Source: a virus. From it: a stretch of DNA of 64,000 nt. The notes beneath the pieces are model-generated. The model did no database searches. It was not told the DNA's origin and worked only from the letters and a program-made list of their open reading frames with translations. Positions 8,724 through 17,639 of this stretch are shown here, in pieces (the first letter of the stretch is position 1; each line of letters opens with the position of its first letter). A program made the position numbers and the translations under genes. The stretch spans positions 1 to 64,000 of IMG/VR virus record IMGVR_UViG_3300027746_000697; one strand, 5' to 3'.

Positions 8724-8941
8724 ACTATCCGTCCAAGTCCTAGATAGATTAGAGTTTCTAGTTCTAGTTGATAGTCTTGTCCAAGCCTACGCTTTTCAAA
8801 AATTGACTGCAATACTTCTTTGCCATCACCGTAGTCGGTAGCACCTGCACCACGGCTTTCCAATTCTTCAATTAAGTCATCTGTTTCAAAGTCTGACAAG
8901 TCGACGTCTACTTCGACTTCTTTATACATTGTTTTGTACAT
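8720..8941 (-). CDS. hypothetical protein
   Basis: EVDVDLSDFETDDLIEELESRG. Confidence 0.7.
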   Translation of the reverse strand: MYKTMYKEVEVDVDLSDFETDDLIEELESRGAGATDYGDGKEVLQSIFEKRRLGQDYQLELETLIYLGLGRIV

Positions 8942-8942
8942 T

Positions 8943-9161
8943 TTAATCTTCTTTAATTTTTGGAATACTATCAATCCAACGTAGGATAAACCATTCTCTG
9001 TGTGCTTCCTTTTTGAAGCTCCATAAGTTCTCAGTCATGCTCATGCCAACACCTTCAGCTTCAGCCCATGCAACCATTTCCGCATTTAGTTCAGGAGTCA
9101 GCTCGCCCAGTTCAAATGACAAACCAGGAAGTCTCCACATACCAACTTCTACATGTTTCAT
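8943..9161 (-). CDS. hypothetical protein (FxLRW family)
   Basis: WSFKKEAHREWFILRW. Confidence 0.7.
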   Translation of the reverse strand: MKHVEVGMWRLPGLSFELGELTPELNAEMVAWAEAEGVGMSMTENLWSFKKEAHREWFILRWIDSIPKIKED

Positions 9162-9162
9162 A

Positions 9163-9504
9163 TCAATACTCCGGTGCTGAATAGTCTTTGTACTTTTTGT
9201 ACATGGCCATGCCATCTGCCCCATACATAGGACAAACTAATACATAGTCGGCCATACCATCAGCACCTTTGCCGCCTGCTGTCCCACAAATAAACGGCCG
9301 CTCAACACCGAATAGTTTTCTAAGTTCTTCTCGCATACGCTCATTTTCTTTTACCAAATCATTATCACCTTTGGTAACAACTGGCGGAGAAGTTAAGTTA
9401 AAACTATCAAGAAAAAATTCTAGTAGATCCTCGTCTTCAAGTTTTTTATACTCGGCAGGATTCAATCCTAAATTTTCTAATTTAATTTCGATTATGTCTC
9501 TCAT
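9163..9504 (-). CDS. hypothetical protein
   Basis: ORF in operon. Confidence 0.7.
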   Translation of the reverse strand: MRDIIEIKLENLGLNPAEYKKLEDEDLLEFFLDSFNLTSPPVVTKGDNDLVKENERMREELRKLFGVERPFICGTAGGKGADGMADYVLVCPMYGADGMAMYKKYKDYSAPEY

Positions 9505-9505
9505 G

Positions 9506-9763
9506 TTAGTCTATCCTATTGATAAGCTCACTATACTTCAGTAGAAACATAGTGTACTTTCTTTCATTGTAAAAGTCTAGTCTGATTGAGTGTTCACCGC
9601 ATCCACCATCTGGTTTGATAACCCATTCATTATGTTCACGCACAGTAAAACCTAACACACTGCGCATTTTGTCTTTGAGCATGAACACGCTTTTTGAATG
9701 TTCAGTATGCAAGTCTGTTCGAATCTCTTGCCATTGTCTAACTGTTAGTCTGAGTGTAGGCAT
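9506..9763 (-). CDS. hypothetical protein (FLLKY variant)
   Basis: LDFYNERKYTMFLLKYS. Confidence 0.7.
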   Translation of the reverse strand: MPTLRLTVRQWQEIRTDLHTEHSKSVFMLKDKMRSVLGFTVREHNEWVIKPDGGCGEHSIRLDFYNERKYTMFLLKYSELINRID

Positions 9764-10013
9764 TTAGTATATGGTCCCAATGACGGTTATCGTATATTTG
9801 AAAGGCAATACTATAGCCCAACAATGCTAACTCTAGACTGAGACCAGCATGACTTTGACGCATGGTATAACCAAATTCAAAACCGATCAGCTGTCTACCT
9901 TTTAACAGTTCCAGTTCCCAACTCTTGTTCGTAGTCAATCTGCCTGAGCGGTTCCATAAGTTATCAAAAGGTGTGCCCCATGGGTTACTCAATCCAAAGC
10001 TAGCATGTATCAT
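9738..10013 (-). CDS. hypothetical protein
   Basis: ATGA-coupled ORF. Confidence 0.7.
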   Translation of the reverse strand: MIHASFGLSNPWGTPFDNLWNRSGRLTTNKSWELELLKGRQLIGFEFGYTMRQSHAGLSLELALLGYSIAFQIYDNRHWDHILNAYTQTNS

Positions 10014-10501
10014 TTTAATTCAGTTCCTTTAAGTGATCCTTTTTTACCATCGTCGAATATCACAGTTTTAACCCAGTGGCAGAAAGAACACATTGCGGCA
10101 ATGTTTTCTGCAGAATCATCACCACCGTCGGACTTGCGTGTGCCGTTGTGATCTCCGTGATTGTATCGACGTTTGATTTCATGTTTTTGAGTCTCTGTTA
10201 AAAATATGCCAAAGAATGTTTGTGCCTTTTCCCAACGAGAATCATCATCGATATCATGGCCGCAACAACTGCAAACATCACTACGGTGAAAGGTGTGTGG
10301 ACGTTCAAGTTTCCCATACCCACCATACTCAACTGTTTGTAGCTGATGCGGCCTGCACAATTTATCACTTCCAGGACCGTCAAAAACAGACACTAGTTCA
10401 TTGCAACCATCTATACAACAAGTTAAATTTACCTTAATTTGTTCTTTAAGGACACTTGGACTTTTGAGTTTATCTTTGTTAGGGTCTCTGAAAGTAGTCA
10501 T
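10010..10501 (-). CDS. HNH-like Zn-binding nuclease
   Basis: CSCC, HGDH...DGG....ENIAAMCSFCHWVKT. Confidence 0.65.
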   Translation of the reverse strand: MTTFRDPNKDKLKSPSVLKEQIKVNLTCCIDGCNELVSVFDGPGSDKLCRPHQLQTVEYGGYGKLERPHTFHRSDVCSCCGHDIDDDSRWEKAQTFFGIFLTETQKHEIKRRYNHGDHNGTRKSDGGDDSAENIAAMCSFCHWVKTVIFDDGKKGSLKGTELK

Positions 10502-10502
10502 A

Positions 10503-11666
10503 TTACCACAAGTCCGCTTTGTTAACTACAGTAAAACCATTGTTAGGTACAAACTTAGGTACTTTGAGTTTGGTACTTTTTCTAAGCTGTGCAACTAAAA
10601 ACGGTATACCTGTGCGCATCTCTGTAGTGAATCCTCTAACAATGATGTCGCCGTTTGAGTCAACGTCTGTACTGCCTTGATTAGCGGATCTGTACCAGTT
10701 TTCATATGCCATTCGAACCTTGGACCAAAATGGACTAGACGGGCTAAAGTCAGCGCCAAAGTTTTGTTTGGTAAATGCCACAAACTCCAGTAGGTAGGCA
10801 GAGTCCACAGTAATATCCTGTTCAAAGCACAGATTGAAATACTCATACAACTGTCTAGCTTCCTTAGCTTCAACCGGCCGTGCTTCATTGAGGTAGCTCC
10901 AGTATTCAGCAAACATTCTAGTGACTTCTGGATGCTTGCGAGTCTTGAGACTCTTGCTCATCAGGGTGTCTGCTAACAGCGTAAATGCACCGGGCTGGTC
11001 ATCATCGCCTAATTTGCTGTGGGTAGCAAATAACCCTGCGTTGGCAAGATAGTCGTTCTTGAGAGCAGAGTCAATCCATTCAACATCTGGTGCATTTTGT
11101 CCTTTGACTCCGTGTACGTGCTGAGTATATATATCAAAGAAGTCCATAGGTTCTTTAGCATCACCGTTCAGCAAAATAAAATTGCGTCGAATCTCCAATT
11201 TGTGTTTTACATTGTACTTCACCACAGGTATCATTACATTGGCAGTTTGTTCACCAAATACCTGAGTAAGAATAATATAAAGTGCAATGGCAGTGTGCTG
11301 TCCGTCCCATGCTACATAGTATCCAGGCTTTTCAGGATCTTCATACACCTGTATGGCCATGGCCATAGTGCTTTTAAAATAGGTTAGAATTTTCAGTATA
11401 TGTCTCAGATTAAGATTGCGTTGCATGGTAGTATCAATCAAAATTCGATCTGCAGGCGCAGGGATGGCCTCACACAGTTCAAGGTCCACAAACTTGGACC
11501 AGTTAGCATGTCTGCGTTTGAACTCGTTTACTACACCAACCAACATGGTGGTATACATGGGTGCAAATTTTAATGCTTCATTTAGGCGTTGCTGTAACGA
11601 TATGAAGTTGCTAGTGTTGTTGAGATATCGCCCATTGACAATTTGAGCGTGAGTTAGTGCTGTCAT
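10503..11666 (-). CDS. ParB/Srx-like (DGQH) domain protein
   Basis: IDTTMQRNL..HILKI, YVAWDGQHT and FILLNG motifs; AAGGA SD before MTALTH. Confidence 0.7.
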   Translation of the reverse strand: MTALTHAQIVNGRYLNNTSNFISLQQRLNEALKFAPMYTTMLVGVVNEFKRRHANWSKFVDLELCEAIPAPADRILIDTTMQRNLNLRHILKILTYFKSTMAMAIQVYEDPEKPGYYVAWDGQHTAIALYIILTQVFGEQTANVMIPVVKYNVKHKLEIRRNFILLNGDAKEPMDFFDIYTQHVHGVKGQNAPDVEWIDSALKNDYLANAGLFATHSKLGDDDQPGAFTLLADTLMSKSLKTRKHPEVTRMFAEYWSYLNEARPVEAKEARQLYEYFNLCFEQDITVDSAYLLEFVAFTKQNFGADFSPSSPFWSKVRMAYENWYRSANQGSTDVDSNGDIIVRGFTTEMRTGIPFLVAQLRKSTKLKVPKFVPNNGFTVVNKADLW

Positions 11667-11677
11667 TTTAATTTCCT

Positions 11678-11721
11678 TTTTTGCGGGCATCTTGCCCATT
11701 TTTTGCGGGCATCTTGCCCAT
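11678..11721. repeat. tandem 22-bp palindrome-containing repeat (2 copies)
   Basis: TTTTTGCGGGCATCTTGCCCAT x2, each containing GGGCA-TCT-TGCCC. Confidence 0.9.
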
Positions 11722-11751
11722 ATGCACAACGGAACTGCTGTGCATGTCGCT

Positions 11752-11831
11752 ATTATATAGTAGAGAAAGATCATAGTCAATCTAATTTGGCTAACAAATC
11801 TTTTGACTATCAACGAGATATGTTATATAAT
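11752..11831. promoter_or_regulatory. divergent pair of sigma70 promoters
   Basis: TTGACT-17-TATAAT on minus (11780-11752) and on plus (11803-11831). Confidence 0.85.
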
Positions 11832-11862
11832 AGCTACAACTTCAACACATCTAGGGCTAATC

Positions 11863-12210
11863 ATGGAAGCAGTCAAAGAAATCACAGTTTGGGCAGACAG
11901 CAATACTATTATCAATCACACATATCTGTTGGACGGTGACAAAATGGTAGCCTACATTCGGTACGGCACTACTGAACCATTTTGGTTTAAAACACCAATT
12001 AAGATTAGTAAAAGCGGCCGCAAATTTGAAAAGGTCAGTGACAGCATATTTAATATGTCCATGAATGTGTTTACTCCTAGCAATGTGAGAGAAGTAGCAG
12101 GCAGTAAAGGTCAAACTTACCTTGTTGACTTGGACGAGAATACTTGTACCTGCCCAGGATTTACATTCCGTGGTAACTGTAAACATGTTAAGGAATTAGA
12201 ACCAGCATGA
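11863..12210 (+). CDS. SWIM zinc-finger protein
   Basis: GSKGQTYLV...CTCPGFTFRGNCKH. Confidence 0.85.
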   Translation: MEAVKEITVWADSNTIINHTYLLDGDKMVAYIRYGTTEPFWFKTPIKISKSGRKFEKVSDSIFNMSMNVFTPSNVREVAGSKGQTYLVDLDENTCTCPGFTFRGNCKHVKELEPA

Positions 12211-12313
12211 AGAACTTTTTCTTGGGATTTTTACTGGCTACATCTATCTTTTTAGTCATACTAAGTTATATAGAAATACCCGAGTACACTATTACATCAA
12301 GGACAATCTGCAC

Positions 12314-12493
12314 ATGACAAACTTTAGACACTGGGTGCAAGAATTATGGATGCAACACAAAGACGAATACGTTGATTTGAAGTTACCCATACCTGAAGAC
12401 AGCTTAAACGAGTATTTTCAAAAATACAAATATTGGCTAAAACGTGAATATCGTCATCAAACAAAAAAGTCCCCAGCAGACAACGCTCAATAA
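12314..12493 (+). CDS. 59-aa hypothetical protein (not in ORF track)
   Basis: MTNFRHWVQELWMQHKDEY...YFQKYKYWLKREY; AAGGA SD. Confidence 0.65.
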   Translation: MTNFRHWVQELWMQHKDEYVDLKLPIPEDSLNEYFQKYKYWLKREYRHQTKKSPADNAQ

Positions 12494-12516
12494 ATACCTA
12501 GCGTTAAAGGGTTAAC

Positions 12517-13341
12517 ATGAAGATTTTGATAACGGGCTACAAAGGGTTCATTGGCCGAAACATGATGGATTGGTGCCATGCTGAAGAAGGCTGGCAAGTT
12601 GACGGCTGGGATTGGGATCCAAAAAACAAACCAAATGTCATCGAGTACGACTGGGTTATACATTTGGGTGCCATTGCTGATATGTCTGCCAACGACATTG
12701 ATGCGGTTATGATTCAAAACTATGAGTTTAGCCAGTGGCTCTTTGAAGAATGTAATAGCCACGGTGTTCATTTGCAATATGCCAGTTCAAGCAGTGTGTA
12801 TGGTGACACCAAAGACTTCAGCGAGTATGCGCCGTGCAAACCCGATAATCCCTATGCATGGAGCAAGTACTTGTTTGACAGATGGGTGTTCCAACAAGAA
12901 CAGCACGTAATGGTTCACGGATTCCGTTACTTTAACGTATATGGCAAATATATGCACTTGCGTGGTAAAAGGGCTAATGTTATACACAAGTGGCGAGAGC
13001 AAGCTCGTAAGGAAGGCAAAATCACAGTCTGGGATTGTGCAGAAACTGTTAAACGTGATTGGACATGGGTTGGTGATGTGTGCCGATTACAAATTGATTT
13101 TATAAAAACTGTGAATGGTTCAGGTATTTGGAACGTGGGTTCTGGACTATCACATAGTTTTCTAGATATAGCTGAAGAAATTGCAGAGCAGGAAAATGTT
13201 TCCATTGAATTGGAACCAGTAAGTCCTGAGTATGCTAGATCCATGCGGTGGAAAACGCAAGCCAATCTTACTAAACTAAAAGAAACAATAGGAAAAAGAA
13301 AATGGTTAAACGTATTCGAGTGGTTACATTATGAGACTTGA
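12517..13341 (+). CDS. ADP-L-glycero-D-manno-heptose 6-epimerase-like SDR (copy 1)
   Basis: GxxGxxG, YASSSSVYG, YAWSK, GFRYFNVYG, RDW. Confidence 0.8.
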   Translation: MKILITGYKGFIGRNMMDWCHAEEGWQVDGWDWDPKNKPNVIEYDWVIHLGAIADMSANDIDAVMIQNYEFSQWLFEECNSHGVHLQYASSSSVYGDTKDFSEYAPCKPDNPYAWSKYLFDRWVFQQEQHVMVHGFRYFNVYGKYMHLRGKRANVIHKWREQARKEGKITVWDCAETVKRDWTWVGDVCRLQIDFIKTVNGSGIWNVGSGLSHSFLDIAEEIAEQENVSIELEPVSPEYARSMRWKTQANLTKLKETIGKRKWLNVFEWLHYET

Positions 13342-13738
13342 AGGACAAGTTGAAAAAGGTTGGGGTGGTGAATTGATATTTGCCACTAACGATTTATATT
13401 GCGGTAAACTCATGTACTTCAAACAAGATGCAAAGTTTAGTATGCACTTTCATGATGAGAAAGACGAAACATGGTTTGTTCTAGAAGGCCAGTTTGAAGT
13501 AAAATATATTGATACAAAAGATGCAAGTATGCACAGCAAGATATTGAATGAAGGCGATACATGGAGAAATTTTCCACTGGAACCACATCAGTTGATTTGT
13601 ATCAAGCAAGGCATTATAATCGAAGTCAGCACTCCTGACAGTGTTGAAGACAACTATAGAGTGATGCCAGGCGACAGCCAAGCTAAACCAACGCCCCCAG
13701 CGCCAGTTAAAAAAAACAATCGTAAACGCAAGATATAA
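13331..13738 (+). CDS. cupin (sugar isomerase-like)
   Basis: KGWGGE, SMHFHDEKDETW, H..EVSTPD. Confidence 0.8.
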   Translation: MRLEGQVEKGWGGELIFATNDLYCGKLMYFKQDAKFSMHFHDEKDETWFVLEGQFEVKYIDTKDASMHSKILNEGDTWRNFPLEPHQLICIKQGIIIEVSTPDSVEDNYRVMPGDSQAKPTPPAPVKKNNRKRKI

Positions 13739-14140
13739 ATGACAACAGTAATGGTCAATGGTACGTTTGATGTACTTCATCCCGGACATATTGCTTTATT
13801 GAATACAGCACGTAGCTACGGCGATTGGCTTGTGGTAGCCATCGATACTGATAGACGAGTAAAAGAACTCAAAGGCGAACACCGTCCCATTAACAATCAA
13901 ACGGATCGTAAGATTATGTTGAGTAATCTCAAAGCTGTAGATTTTGTAGTATTCTTTGATAGCACAGAAGAACTGATTAAACTAATGGAATTATACAAAC
14001 CAGAAGTATATGTCAAAGGCAGTGATTGGAAACATGACAAAGGTTCCACAGCAGAAAAATATTGTAAACGGGTAATTTATTATGACAGAGTCGGCGACTA
14101 TTCAACAACAAAAACAATTCAACATATTGCTAATAGGTGA
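13739..14140 (+). CDS. heptose-1-phosphate nucleotidyltransferase (HldC / RfaE domain II-like)
   Basis: NGTFDVLHPGH, KGEHRPIN, YVKGSDW, YSTT. Confidence 0.85.
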   Translation: MTTVMVNGTFDVLHPGHIALLNTARSYGDWLVVAIDTDRRVKELKGEHRPINNQTDRKIMLSNLKAVDFVVFFDSTEELIKLMELYKPEVYVKGSDWKHDKGSTAEKYCKRVIYYDRVGDYSTTKTIQHIANR

Positions 14141-14849
14141 CGACTGTCACGACATTTACACTTATGGTTATGTAAATCGTATCAGCCCTGAAGCTCCAGT
14201 TCCTGTATTCGAACCTCACTATACCATTCACAAAGATGGTATGGCTGGCAATGTGTGTAAGAATCTAGAAGCATTAGGATGCACAGTTAACTTCCTACAC
14301 GGCAAAACCAGCGAGAAGAACAGACTAATTGATGAACGTACCAAACAACAATTACTGCGTATGGATAAAGATGTTGCCAGCGACCCTATCACATTTGAAA
14401 CAGCAATACCCTCTGTGTATGATGCCATTGTGATCAGTGACTACAACAAAGGCACAGTGACTTACGAACTTATTGAAGAACTGGTTAAAGAAGTCACTGT
14501 GCCTATTTTCGTTGACACAAAGAAAACAGACCTAGCAAGGCTAGCAGGATGCTATGTCAAGATCAATGCATTAGAAAAAAGTCGTGCAACCAGTTTACCT
14601 GACTCAGACCATTTGATTGTGACGCACGGTGGAGACGGCGCAGTATGGAATGGTTGGGTATATTCTGCTGAGATTGTAGGTGATGTGACTGATGTATGCG
14701 GTGCCGGCGATACATTTTTAGCCGCACTTGCCTACAAGTTTCTAGAGACAAATGACATACGTGATGCTGTTAAATTTGCCAACAAAGCCGCTAGTATAAC
14801 AGTACAGCATGTGGGTGTCTATGCTCCCCGATTAGAGGAAATCAAATGA
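14082..14849 (+). CDS. heptose-7-phosphate kinase (HldA / RfaE domain I, PfkB family)
   Basis: RISPEAPVPV, SDYNKG, DVCGAGDTF. Confidence 0.85.
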   Translation: MTESATIQQQKQFNILLIGDDCHDIYTYGYVNRISPEAPVPVFEPHYTIHKDGMAGNVCKNLEALGCTVNFLHGKTSEKNRLIDERTKQQLLRMDKDVASDPITFETAIPSVYDAIVISDYNKGTVTYELIEELVKEVTVPIFVDTKKTDLARLAGCYVKINALEKSRATSLPDSDHLIVTHGGDGAVWNGWVYSAEIVGDVTDVCGAGDTFLAALAYKFLETNDIRDAVKFANKAASITVQHVGVYAPRLEEIK

Positions 14850-15649
14850 GAGTTTTAGTAACTGGTTACAAAGGATTCATAGGAAAAAACTTAGTCCAAT
14901 ACATTTACGACAATACAGATTGGAGTGTGGACCTGTATGAGTGGGGCGAAAGCAACATGCCCAGTATCATGGAACAGGATTGGGTTATACATATAGGTGC
15001 TATCAGTAGTACTACAGAGCGAGACTTGGATAAAGTGATGCGACAGAATGTAGACTTTACTAGGCAACTGTTCAATGCTTGTAAAACATACGGAGTGAAT
15101 TTTCAGTACAGCAGTAGTGCAAGCCTATATGGGTTTGGTACGGACTTTGCAGAAACAGCACAGTTAGATCCCCGTACTCCTTATGCTTGGAGCAAGTATC
15201 TATGTGAATACTATCATAGGCAACATCAAGGCGGCAACACGGTACACGGGTTCAGATATTTCAATGTGTACGGTAATCATGAAGAACACAAAGGCAATCA
15301 AGGCAGTCCGGTAAGTCAGTTTAGTAGACAGGACCCTATTCGATTATTTGAAGGAAGTGACAAATATCTAAGAGATTTTATTGCAGTAGAAGATATCTGC
15401 AGAATACATGTAGAGTTCATTAATCGTGTAAAAGAATCAGGCGTATGGAATTTAGGTACAGGAAAAGCAACTAGTTTCCAAGAAGTAGCAGATTTAATTA
15501 ATACAAATCAAGAATACATTCCTATGCCTGATATACTTAAATCAAGCTACCAAACATATACTTGCTCAAATAATGACAAATTAGAACATACATTAGGGCC
15601 GCAACAATGGATCACTATAAAGGAATGGCTTGATAAATATAAATTATGA
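14846..15649 (+). CDS. ADP-L-glycero-D-manno-heptose 6-epimerase-like SDR (copy 2)
   Basis: GAISSTTE, YAWSK, FRYFNVYG.HEEHKG, RDFI. Confidence 0.85.
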   Translation: MRVLVTGYKGFIGKNLVQYIYDNTDWSVDLYEWGESNMPSIMEQDWVIHIGAISSTTERDLDKVMRQNVDFTRQLFNACKTYGVNFQYSSSASLYGFGTDFAETAQLDPRTPYAWSKYLCEYYHRQHQGGNTVHGFRYFNVYGNHEEHKGNQGSPVSQFSRQDPIRLFEGSDKYLRDFIAVEDICRIHVEFINRVKESGVWNLGTGKATSFQEVADLINTNQEYIPMPDILKSSYQTYTCSNNDKLEHTLGPQQWITIKEWLDKYKL

Positions 15650-16299
15650 GAGCAAAAGAATTCCTTATTTTAGAAGCCACAAGTGACCCTGAAATTGTAA
15701 AAACTCAGGAAAAATTACGTGATCTTGGCTACGATTTAGGGCCTTACGGGCCTAACGGTGACGGCGTAGATGGTATTATTGGCCCGTATACGCAAGCCGC
15801 AATGGACGCCTATGCCAAAGGTATAGATCCTAAAAATGTTCAAAAACCAGATGCCCTTGCTGTTCAAAACTTTGAAAAAGACCATCCTATCACACGTAAA
15901 GCTTCACGTAGAAAATCTAATGGAAAAATACAAATACCTGTTAACGGGCCAGTATCTAGTCCGTTTGGACATAGAACTAGTGTAGGCAAAGCCCATAGTC
16001 ATAATGGGACTGATTTTGCTGTTCCAACTGGAACTGAAGTAGTTGCACCAGCGTCTGGAGTAGTTACCGGCGCAGGCTCAGGCTCAGGTGGCGAAGGAAA
16101 CTATGTGACATTAGACGCAGATGGTGTAGTGCATAAATTCTTCCATCTTTCTAAAATTTTAGTACAAATTAATGATCAAGTAAGCGCAGGCGATGTAATT
16201 GCGTTATCGGGTAACACCGGTTATAGTACTGGCCCGCACCTGCATTGGGAAACACATATTGCTGGAACTCCAGTAGATCCTATGAGGAATATAGCTTAA
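15646..16299 (+). CDS. PG-binding domain plus M23 peptidase, with MRAKEF leader
   Basis: DGIIGPYT PG-binding motif; HNGTD and GPHLH. Confidence 0.9.
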   Translation: MRAKEFLILEATSDPEIVKTQEKLRDLGYDLGPYGPNGDGVDGIIGPYTQAAMDAYAKGIDPKNVQKPDALAVQNFEKDHPITRKASRRKSNGKIQIPVNGPVSSPFGHRTSVGKAHSHNGTDFAVPTGTEVVAPASGVVTGAGSGSGGEGNYVTLDADGVVHKFFHLSKILVQINDQVSAGDVIALSGNTGYSTGPHLHWETHIAGTPVDPMRNIA

Positions 16300-16682
16300 T
16301 GCGAGCAAAAGAATTCCTTCCTGAAACTAAACTACACGGCACATTTGGCAAAGTAGATGCACAAGTATCTAATAGTTTACCCGGTGCATTTGTACAGCGT
16401 GATTTGCGTAATACTGACCCTTATATGCAGTATCGTTATGGCATGGCGTTGGCTGGAGCAAGAGCTAACAAGGATCACGATGTAGAGTTTGAACAAGAAA
16501 GTGCATGGGCTGAGAATCTTGCACTGGTAACATTTTCACCAGAAGACGAAGAGACTATTCGTCTTGCAGACAAGATGATGGGTGTTAAAGCTAGTCGTAT
16601 TGCCAGTAACAAAAGTACAGAAACAGATGTTAACGCAGTTAGTCCTGTATCTAAACCAAAACGTAATCAATACGGGGTCTAA
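16299..16682 (+). CDS. hypothetical virion protein with MRAKEF leader
   Basis: ATG overlaps the upstream stop; MRAKEFLPE. Confidence 0.75.
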   Translation: MRAKEFLPETKLHGTFGKVDAQVSNSLPGAFVQRDLRNTDPYMQYRYGMALAGARANKDHDVEFEQESAWAENLALVTFSPEDEETIRLADKMMGVKASRIASNKSTETDVNAVSPVSKPKRNQYGV

Positions 16683-17639
16683 ATGAGAGCAAAAGAATTC
16701 ACATTATCAGAAGTAGCAGAACCAAAGCGTTCCAATGTGGATCCGTTAGGCGACTTAGTAAATAAAATAACAAATAAATCAGCACCTGTCAAACAACGTC
16801 CTGCTGGCACTCCACCGATACATATTGCATTAGAACCTAAAGGCTTAGGATCATACATTGAAAACAAAGCCAAAGCAGACGGTATCAAAGGGGTACAGCT
16901 GGCTAACTTTATGGCACAGTCCAAGGTTGAAACAGCAGGATTTACCGCCTTAGAAGAACGTGCAGACGGCTCAGGGTATGAAGGCAAATTAATACTTGGT
17001 AACAAATACAGAGGCGACGGACCTTTATTCAAAGGCAGAGGATTCATGCACTTGACCGGTCGTGAGAATTACACCAAATGTGCAGCCGCAATGCCTTCTT
17101 GCAAAAACATTGTTAAGAATCCTGAATTAGTTGCAACAAACAAAACAATTGCCGCAGACTCTGCGTTATGGTTTTGGAATACATTTATTAGACCCAACTA
17201 TCGCTCTAGCGATATACATGGAGTATCAATCAGAGTTAACGGTGGCTCCAATGGATTAACAGAACGTATTGCGGCATTCAAAGCCTACGTTGAAAAATTA
17301 AAGAAAGGCATACCATCCAGTTTGAATAAACGAGCTGAAGCGGATATCGAAGGCAATGCTGATCAGTATGTGGCAAGTGTTGATATGCCAGACGAACTAG
17401 CGGAAGAAGGCAAAGCAAGTCGTGCATTATGTACAGGCGGCAAGCCAGATCACGAATTAGGTGCAAGTCAGTTGGCTAGTTGTAAAAGTCAAGGACTTAG
17501 AGCCCGCGATGGTGAAAAGAGTCATTTGATCACTGCCGGCAAACGAAATGTGCGTGTAACCGTTGGCGGCAAGAAAATCAAAGGCAAAAAATACGGTGGC
17601 CCGTTACCTGACTATGGCACAAGGAAGAATCAACGATGA
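16683..17639 (+). CDS. GH19 glycoside hydrolase (endolysin-type) with MRAKEF leader and basic C-terminal module
   Basis: FMAQ..VET..F..LEE, FKGRGFMHLTGRENY, NGG.NGL.ER. Confidence 0.85.
   Translation: MRAKEFTLSEVAEPKRSNVDPLGDLVNKITNKSAPVKQRPAGTPPIHIALEPKGLGSYIENKAKADGIKGVQLANFMAQSKVETAGFTALEERADGSGYEGKLILGNKYRGDGPLFKGRGFMHLTGRENYTKCAAAMPSCKNIVKNPELVATNKTIAADSALWFWNTFIRPNYRSSDIHGVSIRVNGGSNGLTERIAAFKAYVEKLKKGIPSSLNKRAEADIEGNADQYVASVDMPDELAEEGKASRALCTGGKPDHELGASQLASCKSQGLRARDGEKSHLITAGKRNVRVTVGGKKIKGKKYGGPLPDYGTRKNQR

Noticed and set aside
11678-11721. CRISPR repeat pair
   Set aside because: The two copies are directly adjacent with no spacer.
11667-11813. N-terminal 49 aa of the 436-aa ORF
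   Set aside because: It spans the divergent promoters and repeats; the SD-supported start is at 11666.
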